From IMG/VR virus record IMGVR_UViG_3300045988_099307: a stretch of DNA of 31,813 nucleotides, one strand, 5' to 3'. Shown here piece after piece: positions 24,028 through 31,813 of this stretch (positions are counted from its first letter, which is position 1; each line of letters opens with the position of its first letter). Source of the stretch: a virus. The notes under the pieces were generated by a model, which was given only the letters and a program-made list of their open reading frames with translations, ran no database searches and was not told the origin of the DNA. Made by a program: the position numbers and the translations under genes.

Positions 24028-24333
24028 ATGTTATGGCGAGAAATCGGGTATTTGTGCTCGGAAAAAGAAACGCTCGACTCTCTCGGAAAACCTTTTAAGA
24101 CTTTCGAGAAAAAAGAGGTTTTCTGCAATGAAAAGGGCGTTAAGCGAAACGAATTTTACCAGGCACAAGCCCAGGGCTACCGCCCCGAGCTTTGCGTAGA
24201 AATTAAGGCTTGCGACTATGCGCGAGAGGGACACTTTGAGTATGACGGGACAATGTACCGCGTTATCCGCACATATCCCGTAAAAAACGAGTGCCTCGAG
24301 CTTATATGTCAAGCCCTGGTTGCGGACGATTGA
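24028..24333 (+). CDS. Head closure / head-tail adaptor protein
   Basis: 101 aa with synteny; ...YRVIRTYPVKNECLELIC pattern. Confidence 0.65.
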   Translation: MLWREIGYLCSEKETLDSLGKPFKTFEKKEVFCNEKGVKRNEFYQAQAQGYRPELCVEIKACDYAREGHFEYDGTMYRVIRTYPVKNECLELICQALVADD

Positions 24334-24354
24334 CGCAGAGAGGAGGCGTTGCCT

Positions 24355-24738
24355 ATGGCAGCAAATACAACGGCGCTTATTAAAGCTCTGCGGGAGCGGG
24401 TTAATAAAATCCTCACGACCTATTACGAGGAGGCACCGTCGAGAGAGGCAGTATTTCCGTATGCGGTCATTAACGGAGTTAATATTATTGACCTCGCCGC
24501 GGGCGACCTTGCCTCTTTCTATCTCGATATATGGGTAGACGAGAAACAGCCGACCGCGACCGAGCAGCTCGAGAGCTTATGCGACACACTCCGTAATGAG
24601 CTTACGGGTGCCGTAATTGCCGAAAGCGGCGTTTTCGCCGCGCATATCGGCTTTGACAATCAAAACGCTATTGCCGACAGCGAATACGATATAGCGCATA
24701 GGCGTTTATCTATGTCGGCTCGAACTTTTTACAATTAG
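24355..24738 (+). CDS. Tail completion / tail terminator-like protein
   Basis: ATG at 24355 lies 8 nt after AGGAGG. Located immediately upstream of the major tail gene. Confidence 0.55.
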   Translation: MAANTTALIKALRERVNKILTTYYEEAPSREAVFPYAVINGVNIIDLAAGDLASFYLDIWVDEKQPTATEQLESLCDTLRNELTGAVIAESGVFAAHIGFDNQNAIADSEYDIAHRRLSMSARTFYN

Positions 24739-24752
24739 GAGGCAATAAAGAT

Positions 24753-25364
24753 ATGATTACCAATCTTACTACAAAGCAGATTGAGTCAATCCAAATCGAC
24801 GAGGGCGTTATTTTCCTCAATTACGGGGAAACCGACGAGCGGCTGCTCGCTCCCACCAGGGGCGGCGGAGAGTTTGCCGCGACCGTTACCGTCCGCGATA
24901 TTGAATTTGACGGACGACACGGAAAGACAACGGGCACCCAGGTTATCGAGGAGCAGGGCGCGTCCCTCAAGGTAACTACCCTTTGTATGAGCCAGGAAAA
25001 CCTCGCGCTTGCAATTCCGACTTGCACGATTGCGGCGGACGACGGAAAGACCATTAAAAACCCGCCTACGGGCGTTATCGGAGCGGATAAGTACCTTAAA
25101 AACGTTACTATGTTCGCCAAAACAATCGGCGGCAAGTATAAAAAAATCGCGATTTACAACGCTATGCACGAAACGGGCTTTAATGTTAAGGCGGTGCAAA
25201 AAGCGGAGGGCGAGCTCGCGCTCGAGTTTTTGGCGCACTACAAGCATAGCGACCTCGACGGCGACTTGTGGGCGGTTACGGAGATTGCACAAGCTCCCGA
25301 TATGAGCGAAAAGACAGCGCAGACTCAAGCCGCAGACGGCGCAGGAAAAGCCGTAAGCAAGTAA
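24753..25364 (+). CDS. Major tail protein
   Basis: 203 aa; lies between the connector genes and the chaperone/TMP genes; strong RBS. Confidence 0.8.
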   Translation: MITNLTTKQIESIQIDEGVIFLNYGETDERLLAPTRGGGEFAATVTVRDIEFDGRHGKTTGTQVIEEQGASLKVTTLCMSQENLALAIPTCTIAADDGKTIKNPPTGVIGADKYLKNVTMFAKTIGGKYKKIAIYNAMHETGFNVKAVQKAEGELALEFLAHYKHSDLDGDLWAVTEIAQAPDMSEKTAQTQAADGAGKAVSK

Positions 25365-25391
25365 TAATCGAATTTAAGGAGGAGCCAAACA

Positions 25392-25766
25392 ATGCTTACA
25401 ATCGGAACTATGCCTATTATGCTTAAAATCGTAGGAAAGCTCGATATTAAGCCTATTATCCCTATGTTGAAAAACCTTGATATTTTCGAGGAGCCGAAAG
25501 ACGCAGAGGACGCAAAAGACGCTCTCAAGAAACTTTCAAAAGAAAAGGTCGGCGTACTTGCTTGCGAGGTGCTCGCGGAAATTACACCGCAGCTCGGCAA
25601 GATTGCCGACGACCTCCCGCCGCTTGTAGCTGCATATAAGGGTATCAGCGTCGCAGAGGCGCAGAAACTCGACGCCGCGGAGGTCATTAACGAGCTCGTC
25701 AATGACGAGGGCGTGAGAAGTTTTTTCAAGCGTGCCTTGCGGAAAAAAGCAGGGCAAGAAACCTAA
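25392..25766 (+). CDS. Tail assembly chaperone (G)
   Basis: 124-aa acidic protein upstream of the TMP, with slippery sequences near its 3' end. Confidence 0.8.
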   Translation: MLTIGTMPIMLKIVGKLDIKPIIPMLKNLDIFEEPKDAEDAKDALKKLSKEKVGVLACEVLAEITPQLGKIADDLPPLVAAYKGISVAEAQKLDAAEVINELVNDEGVRSFFKRALRKKAGQET

Positions 25767-26083
25767 CACTCTTACACAAATATTATGACTGGCAGCTTAT
25801 CGAGAGCCTACCGCTTGCGGCTCTCGGTGGGCTGCTTTCTTTTGCAACCGAGGAGGAAAAACGGCTCGAAAAAGCCGAACAGGAAAAAAGGCTTTTCCCC
25901 CTATGGCTTGCAAATTATGCCCTTGCAAAGCTGCAAGGCTCGGAGGCTATGGACTACGAAACGTTTATAAATCAAACGTTTTCGGAAGTGCCTCCGCCCG
26001 CACCGAAAAAGGAAAAGTCAGCGGACGACATAACGGCGGAGTTTGCGCCGATAATCGAGGCTGACAGACGGAAAGGAGGCTAA
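25392..26083 (+). CDS. Tail assembly chaperone -1 frameshift fusion (G-T)
   Basis: The -1 frame encodes ...LLHKYYDWQLIESLPLAALGGLLSFATEEEKRLEKAEQEKRLFPLWLANYALAKLQG...EADRRKGG* with good coding character. It ends 3 nt before the TMP start. Confidence 0.55.
25721..25727 (+). promoter_or_regulatory. Candidate -1 slippery heptamer T TTT TTC (alternative: the A6 run at 25743-25748)
   Basis: The zero-frame codons are agt ttt ttc. The -1 frame is open from here to the TAA at 26081-26083. Confidence 0.45.
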
Positions 26084-26086
26084 CCT

Positions 26087-28270
26087 ATGGCAAGTATTTT
26101 TTCGGTTTTCGGAGAAATCCTTATCGACAATACAAACGCAGATAAAAGCATAGATACAACCACGAAAAAAGCCGAGAAAAGCAGTAAAGAGGTTGGCGTT
26201 TCTTTTTCGTCAATCGCTAAAGGTGCCGCCGCAGTAGGTACGGCGGTTGTAACGGGAGCGGCTGCTCTCGGCACAGCTGCTTATAAAATGGCAACCGACG
26301 TAGCGGACACGGCGGGCGCTATCGACGACGCGGCAAAGAAAGTAGGCACCTCGGCGGAGGAATACCAAAAATGGGCGTATGCCGCAAAGCTCGGAGGTAT
26401 GGAAACCTCAAAGCTCGAGGCGTTAATGGTAAAGCAGCAAAAGGCTTTTTCCGACGCAAAGGACGGCAGCGAGTCTATGTCGGAGGCTTACCAAAGACTC
26501 GGAGTAGATATATCCAAAATCGGAAACTCGGGCGACGCTTTCAATGAGGTTATAGCAAAGCTCGCGGATATGGAGGACGAAACCACCCGTAACGCACTTG
26601 CCAACGACATTTTCGGGAAAAGTTACGCAGACCTTGCGCCGTTGCTCGCGGAGGGCTCCGAGGGTATAGCCGCCTGGAAACAAGAGTGTGAGGACTTGGG
26701 CGGAGTAATGAGCGGCGATATGGTGGAGGCGGGCGCAGAGCTTGGCGACAGTATCGACCGTGTAAAAACTGCCTTTATGGGTATATTTAACTCGATAGGC
26801 TCGGCGGTTATTCCTATCGTAAAGCAGTTTGCAGACCTTATCGTATCGGCAATGCCTACGATACAAAGTATGTTTGCAAAACTTACGCCGATTATTACCG
26901 AGGTTTTCGAGCGGCTTATACCCCCGCTGTTTGAGCTGATACAAACTCTGTTCCCCGTGCTTATGGACTTAATAAGCTCGCTGCTGCCGCCGATTGAGTC
27001 TATTATTACGGCTATTCTGCCCGTAATAATCAATCTCATACAGCAGCTCGTGCCGTTTTTAATCCAAATAGTACAACAGATTTTGCCTATTGTCGTACAG
27101 CTCATAGAGGGGCTTATGCCTTTAATAACGGAAATCCTTAACACGGTATTACCCGTTATTATTCAGCTATTACAAGCGCTCTTGCCGCCTCTCATTGAGA
27201 TTATACAAGCGGTGCTCCCCGTAATAATTGAGCTTATACAGCTATTGCTCCCTCCGATTTTGCAAATAATCCAGGCAATCCTACCCGTTTTAATTAACCT
27301 CATAAATACGGTTATGCCGCTTTTAGTGCAGATTATCGAGGCGATATTGCCCGTAATCACTACGTTAATTGAAACGATTATACCGCCTATTTTAGAAATC
27401 GTGGAAATGATATTACCGATACTCACGGACTTACTTAATCAGCTTATGCCTATATTAACAAGTCTGCTCGAGGCGGTATTGCCCGTAATTATAAGCCTTA
27501 TAGAGCTTATAGCTCCTATTCTCAAACCGATACTTGAGCTTTTGTTTACGCTCCTCGAGCCTTTGCTCGACTTGCTTAACCTTATTCTCCCGCCGCTTAT
27601 CAGTCTTTTTACGGGGCTTATAAGTAAGGCTCTTACACCGCTTAAAGCGGCACTCGGGGTTGTGGCGGACGTATTGAATACGGTATTTAAGGGCGCATTT
27701 GAGGGTATCGGAAAAGTAGTAGGCAATATTAAAAACGTTTTCTCGGGTATTATCGACTTTGTAAAGAACGTTTTTACGGGTAACTGGCGCGGAGCCTGGG
27801 ACGCGGTAGTAAAGATATTCTCTAACATATTTGAGGGTATCAAAAACGCCTTTAAGGTGCCTATAAACTGGATTATTGACGGGCTTAACGTCTTTATTCG
27901 AGGACTTAACAAGCTCAAAATACCTGACTGGGTGCCAGGTATCGGCGGCAAAGGGTTAAACATAAAGGAAATATCCCGCCTCCGTATCGGTATGGAATAC
28001 GTGCCGTATGACGAATACCCCGCACTACTTCACAAAGGCGAGCGCGTGCTGACCGCAAGCGAAAACAAAGATTATACCAACCTCCAAAAAGCAGAAAAGA
28101 GCGCAGACAACGCCGAGGGCAAGTGTGTAATAAAAATCGAGTTCGGCGAAAAGTCAATTTACATTGACAGCCTCAAGGCTGAAAACCCCGACGACGTAAA
28201 CTCTTTTGTTGAGCTGCTGCTCGAGCTTATAGAGGAGAAAATAAGACGAAAGGGAGTTGTATTTGCGTAA
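26087..28270 (+). CDS. Tape measure protein
   Basis: 727 aa; located after G/GT; has a long helical repeat core. Confidence 0.9.
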   Translation: MASIFSVFGEILIDNTNADKSIDTTTKKAEKSSKEVGVSFSSIAKGAAAVGTAVVTGAAALGTAAYKMATDVADTAGAIDDAAKKVGTSAEEYQKWAYAAKLGGMETSKLEALMVKQQKAFSDAKDGSESMSEAYQRLGVDISKIGNSGDAFNEVIAKLADMEDETTRNALANDIFGKSYADLAPLLAEGSEGIAAWKQECEDLGGVMSGDMVEAGAELGDSIDRVKTAFMGIFNSIGSAVIPIVKQFADLIVSAMPTIQSMFAKLTPIITEVFERLIPPLFELIQTLFPVLMDLISSLLPPIESIITAILPVIINLIQQLVPFLIQIVQQILPIVVQLIEGLMPLITEILNTVLPVIIQLLQALLPPLIEIIQAVLPVIIELIQLLLPPILQIIQAILPVLINLINTVMPLLVQIIEAILPVITTLIETIIPPILEIVEMILPILTDLLNQLMPILTSLLEAVLPVIISLIELIAPILKPILELLFTLLEPLLDLLNLILPPLISLFTGLISKALTPLKAALGVVADVLNTVFKGAFEGIGKVVGNIKNVFSGIIDFVKNVFTGNWRGAWDAVVKIFSNIFEGIKNAFKVPINWIIDGLNVFIRGLNKLKIPDWVPGIGGKGLNIKEISRLRIGMEYVPYDEYPALLHKGERVLTASENKDYTNLQKAEKSADNAEGKCVIKIEFGEKSIYIDSLKAENPDDVNSFVELLLELIEEKIRRKGVVFA
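26880..27615 (+). repeat. About 22 tandem degenerate 33-nt (11-aa) repeats inside the TMP
   Basis: Units include LLPPLIEIIQA VLPVIIELIQL LLPPILQIIQA ILPVLINLINT VMPLLVQIIEA ILPVITTLIET and so on, with a conserved Pro at unit position 3-4. Confidence 0.8.
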
Positions 28271-28992
28271 TGGAAAAATTACCGTTTTTAATGTTTCGTG
28301 AGCATAGCTCCCTCGAGTATGCTTTGCTCATTTCGGAGAAAAGCTCTTACAAGGGAGCGGCGAGGGACGTAACATATACGAGCGTGCCAGGGCGCAGCGG
28401 CGACCTCTTGACCGACAACGGGCGCTATAAAAACATCACTATTCCGTATAAGCTATCGTTGCTCAATACGACCGACCGCAGCTTTGCGGTGCTCGCACAT
28501 CAAATAAAGGGTTGGCTGCTCTCCGAGGCGGGGTATTTCCGCTTGTGGGACAGCTACGACGGTAAATACTTCCGCCTTGCCTCTTATAACGACGAAGCGG
28601 ATATAGAGCAAGAGCTCCGCGAAACGGGTGCGCTCTCGCTCTCTTTTAGCTGTAAGCCGTTTAAGTATTCGTTTGAGGGGCAAACCCCCGTCGTATTCAC
28701 GGCGGGCGGCTCTTTGTATAATGCCGAGTTTTTCCCGTCGTCCCCGTATATCAAAATAACGGGCAGCGGCACGGTAACGCTCACTATCAATAATGCCTCG
28801 TTTACATTTTCGGATATAGACGAGTATATAGAGATAGACTCCGAGGCTATGAACGCCTACAAGGGCACCGTAGCCAAAAATAACAAAATGACGGGAGCGG
28901 GCTTTCCGACGCTCGCCCCTGGCAAAAACGTTATTGCCTGGACGGGAAACGTTACGCGGCTTGAAATCGTGCCGAGGTGGTGCTGCTTATGA
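28270..28992 (+). CDS. Distal tail protein (Dit)
   Basis: 240 aa; TAATG overlap with the TMP; synteny of TMP, Dit, Tal. Confidence 0.75.
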   Translation: MEKLPFLMFREHSSLEYALLISEKSSYKGAARDVTYTSVPGRSGDLLTDNGRYKNITIPYKLSLLNTTDRSFAVLAHQIKGWLLSEAGYFRLWDSYDGKYFRLASYNDEADIEQELRETGALSLSFSCKPFKYSFEGQTPVVFTAGGSLYNAEFFPSSPYIKITGSGTVTLTINNASFTFSDIDEYIEIDSEAMNAYKGTVAKNNKMTGAGFPTLAPGKNVIAWTGNVTRLEIVPRWCCL

Positions 28993-31328
28993 TACCCGCA
29001 CTCTACAACAAAAGCGAAACAACCTTTACTCATAACGGCGTGGGGCTGCTCTCCGAGGCTGTAAAAGCGACCGTAACGGAGGAGCGCAACGGCAGCTATG
29101 AGCTTTCGCTGCAATACCCTATTACGGGACGCTTTTACTCCGAAATTACAGAGGGCGCGATTATAAAAGCAAAAGCAAACGAAACGAGCGAGCCGCAGTT
29201 ATTCCGCATTTATAAGAGCTCGAAACCTATAAACGGTATCGTTACATATTCGGCGGAGCATATCTCTTACGACCTTAACGGTATACCGCTGCTCGGCTTT
29301 TCGGTAAAGAACGCAACCCCGCAAATGGCTTTAACAAAAGCTATCGAGGGAGCGGCTCTCCCGTGCCCGTTCACAGCGTATAGCAATATATCGACGCTGA
29401 ACAGCACGGAAATATTAACGCCGTGCTCGGTGCGGGCACTCCTCGGAGGGCAAACGGGCTCTTTGCTCGACGTTTGGGGCGGCGAGTATGAGTTTGACAA
29501 TTTTACAGTAAAGCTCTATTTACACCGCGGCAAGGATAACGGCGTAATTATCGAGTACGGTAAAAACCTTAAAGACCTAAAACAGGAAAGCAATATAGCG
29601 GAGTGCTATACGCATTTAATGCCGTATGCGGTATATACCGTCCAGGACGAAAGCGGCAACTCCGAGGAAAAGTACGTTTACCTTGCCGAAAAGGTTATAC
29701 CGCTTACCGAGGCGGAGGACATAGGACATTATAAAGCCTTTATTATGGACTTTTCCGACCGTTTCGGAGATAACGAGGAAATAACCGAGGAAAAGCTGCG
29801 AGCCAAAGCCACCGCATACGCTGCGGCGGCAGACCTCGGCACACCAAAAGTTAATATTACCGTTTCTTTCGTGCAGCTTTGGCAGACGGAGGAATATAAA
29901 AACATTGCGCCACTTGAGAGGGTTAAGCTTTGCGACACCGTTACCGTGCGTTTTTCAAAGCTCGGCGTAGCGGCTACGTCAAAGGTTATTAAAACCGTAT
30001 ATAACTCTCTGCAAGAGAAATACGAGAGCGTTACTCTGGGCGACGCTAAAAGCTCGTTTGCAAACACCGTAAACAAGCAGCAAGAGGCAATACAAGAAAT
30101 CAAAAGCTCCGTTAAAAAGGGACAAGCGGAGGCTACCGAACAGCTCAAAAAGGCAATAGCTAACGCTACGAGCCTTATTACGGGACATTCGGGAGGCTAC
30201 GTTGTCCTAAACCCCGCAGAAAAGCCACAGGAAATACTCATACTCGACACGCCGACAATAGACGAGGCGGTTAATGTATGGCGTTGGAATAGCGGCGGGC
30301 TCGGGTATTCCTCGACGGGATATAACGGCGAGTATTCGCTCGCTATGACTATGGACGGAGCAATCGTTGCGGATTTTATATCCGCGGGTATTCTCAACGG
30401 CGCGTTGCTGCAAGCGGACAGCGTGCAAAGCTCGGCTATCTCGCAGCACTACAAAGCCGAGGTAACAAACGAAATCGGAGAAACCGCAAGCAGCATAGAG
30501 CAAGCCTTTGTCGCTGCCGACGAGCAGTTATTAAGCCTTATAACGAGCGTTCAAACCGTATTAACGGGCGACGTGGAAACGCTCGAAACGACCGTTTCAC
30601 AACTGCGGCAGACGGTAGAAAGCCTCACGCTGTCCTACACGTCAAAGACGGCGGGCGGAATTAACAATATACGCAATTCGAGCGGCTTAAACGGCGTTTC
30701 GGACGATTGGAGCTATTCGGGCTCCGTCGTAGCACAGCAAACGGCGGAGGCTATCAACAACACCTCCTCGGGCTCTCTCTTTCGGCTGCGTATTGCTACA
30801 TTATCGCAGGAGATAACCGTACTACGCGGCAAGAAATATACACTCACTTTCCGCGCACGTGCAGCAACGAGCAACAGGTGCTACGCGCTGCTCAATAACG
30901 GCGGAAACGATACTAAAATTTTCGATACGCAAGCCTCGGGCTCCTGGACGGATTACGCGCTGACCTTTACCGCCTCGGGCGATACCGTAACTCTCACGGC
31001 GGGGACAACAGGTTATTATCTTTACGTAGCGGACTTTATGTTAGTGGAGGGCGAGCAAAAAACGCATTGGAGCCCAGCCCCGAACGAAATATATACCACA
31101 AACGTAAAGATAGACCGACGCGGAATTAACATTACAAACTCGGAAAGCTCGACCGAAACCATAATAGACAATACGCAGTTTGCCGTAAAGCACGCGGGAA
31201 ATATCGTGTTGACGGTCAATAAGGACTTAACAACATTGCGTAAAACGGAGGTTACGGACGAGCTAACAATAGGCAAAGGAAAGTTTGTGCCTCATACGGA
31301 CGGGCTTAACTTTGTACTGCTTGATTAA
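28989..31328 (+). CDS. Tail-associated protein (Tal; prophage endopeptidase-tail / minor structural protein family)
   Basis: ATGA overlap with Dit. The N-terminus MIPALYNKSETTFTHNGVGLLSEAVKATVTEERNGSYELSLQYP is typical of siphophage Tal. Confidence 0.8.
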   Translation: MIPALYNKSETTFTHNGVGLLSEAVKATVTEERNGSYELSLQYPITGRFYSEITEGAIIKAKANETSEPQLFRIYKSSKPINGIVTYSAEHISYDLNGIPLLGFSVKNATPQMALTKAIEGAALPCPFTAYSNISTLNSTEILTPCSVRALLGGQTGSLLDVWGGEYEFDNFTVKLYLHRGKDNGVIIEYGKNLKDLKQESNIAECYTHLMPYAVYTVQDESGNSEEKYVYLAEKVIPLTEAEDIGHYKAFIMDFSDRFGDNEEITEEKLRAKATAYAAAADLGTPKVNITVSFVQLWQTEEYKNIAPLERVKLCDTVTVRFSKLGVAATSKVIKTVYNSLQEKYESVTLGDAKSSFANTVNKQQEAIQEIKSSVKKGQAEATEQLKKAIANATSLITGHSGGYVVLNPAEKPQEILILDTPTIDEAVNVWRWNSGGLGYSSTGYNGEYSLAMTMDGAIVADFISAGILNGALLQADSVQSSAISQHYKAEVTNEIGETASSIEQAFVAADEQLLSLITSVQTVLTGDVETLETTVSQLRQTVESLTLSYTSKTAGGINNIRNSSGLNGVSDDWSYSGSVVAQQTAEAINNTSSGSLFRLRIATLSQEITVLRGKKYTLTFRARAATSNRCYALLNNGGNDTKIFDTQASGSWTDYALTFTASGDTVTLTAGTTGYYLYVADFMLVEGEQKTHWSPAPNEIYTTNVKIDRRGINITNSESSTETIIDNTQFAVKHAGNIVLTVNKDLTTLRKTEVTDELTIGKGKFVPHTDGLNFVLLD

Positions 31329-31340
31329 GGAGGCGACGCT

Positions 31341-31813
31341 ATGGCATTAAGCGGTAGTTTTTATAACTATCCCGTAAAATCATTCGGGCTATATTGTGAA
31401 TGGAGCGCAAGCCAAAGCGTTACGGGTAATTACAGCAATGTTACGCTGAAAGTTTACTTGTCTTACTGGGATTTATACGTAGGCGCAAGGGACGACGGCG
31501 TTATAAACATTGCGGGCAATTCGAGCAATTTTTCGACCGCAGCTATCAGCGAGTCCTCGAGCGGGTGGAAAAAGAAACTCATAGCGCAAAAGACCGTAAC
31601 AGTATATCACGACGGAAACGGCAACGCTAATTGTTACCTCGGCGCCTCCTGGCGATTTAGCGGCACATACTCGGGTACATCTATCGGGACGATTACGGCG
31701 GAGCAAACCGTTTCTCTCGATAAGTTAGACCGTTCGGCTCCGTCTATCAGCATAAGCGTATCAGACATAACGGCAAACTCCGTAAAGCTCTCTGCCTCCG
31801 CGTCTACAACGTG
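31341..31813 (+). CDS. Tail fibre protein, 5' part (continues through the circular junction into 78-1587)
   Basis: AAGGAGG RBS. Translates to MALSGSFYNYPVKSFGLYCEWSASQSV... and is open to the window end. It is in frame with 1-1587 through the 77-bp overlap, giving about 660 aa in total. Confidence 0.75.
   Translation, partial: MALSGSFYNYPVKSFGLYCEWSASQSVTGNYSNVTLKVYLSYWDLYVGARDDGVINIAGNSSNFSTAAISESSSGWKKKLIAQKTVTVYHDGNGNANCYLGASWRFSGTYSGTSIGTITAEQTVSLDKLDRSAPSISISVSDITANSVKLSASASTT
31737..31813. repeat. Terminal direct repeat, identical to 1-77
   Basis: Exact 77-nt identity with the window start. Confidence 0.95.

Noticed and set aside
25785-25970. 61-aa plus-strand ORF between the chaperone and the TMP
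   Set aside because: It is in the wrong frame. The -1 frame relative to the chaperone gene gives a much more protein-like product that ends right before the TMP, consistent with the conserved G/GT frameshift.
1-31813. CRISPR arrays, tRNA/tmRNA genes, and tyrosine or serine integrase, CI/Cro-type repressor, DNA polymerase or primase genes
   Set aside because: I saw no repeat-spacer periodicity, no cloverleaf-like sequences in the few intergenic regions, and no ORF with the corresponding catalytic motifs. These absences rest on visual inspection only.

Overview
The window is an essentially complete, circularly closed genome of about 31.7 kb from a siphovirus-like tailed phage. Bases 1-77 are identical to 31737-31813, and one tail-fibre gene runs across that junction. 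Coding density is very high, strong GGAGG-type RBSs are common, and every convincing gene except one is on the + strand. Gene order: tail fibre (wraps the junction), a diversity-generating retroelement (DGR: target gene with VR, avd, TR, reverse transcriptase), lysis cassette (phiLC3-type holin, amidase/SPOR/Cpl-7 endolysin), a moron-like island (displaced HK97-gp10-like gene, a minus-strand HIRAN-like gene behind a structured leader, hicAB, an IS30-family DDE transposase), early genes (small Zn-ribbon/HTH proteins, membrane-anchored SLT transglycosylase, ASCH protein), a structured non-coding region plus an HUH rolling-circle Rep, a sigma/ArpU-like regulator, HNH endonuclease, TerS/TerL, portal, protease, HK97-fold capsid, connectors, major tail, G/GT chaperone, tape measure, Dit and Tal. 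The main result is the DGR. The 129-bp TR (3962-4090) differs from VR1 (3335-3463, C-terminus of a BppU-N/coiled-coil/lectin-fold receptor-binding protein) at 12 positions, all of them TR adenines. A second, remote VR (13649-13744) also has 12 adenine-only differences. It ends a small protein with no recognisable structural domain, encoded in the early-gene region 9.6 kb away. Both VRs, but not the TR, are followed by the same GC hairpin motif. Other points worth follow-up: a riboswitch-like leader in front of the HIRAN gene, an IS30-type transposase that looks like a resident phage gene in a genome with no tyrosine or serine integrase, a gene-junction sequence present three times, and a candidate rolling-circle origin next to the Rep. 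I saw no tRNA, rRNA or CRISPR array. All functional calls come from motif recognition by eye, not from database searches.
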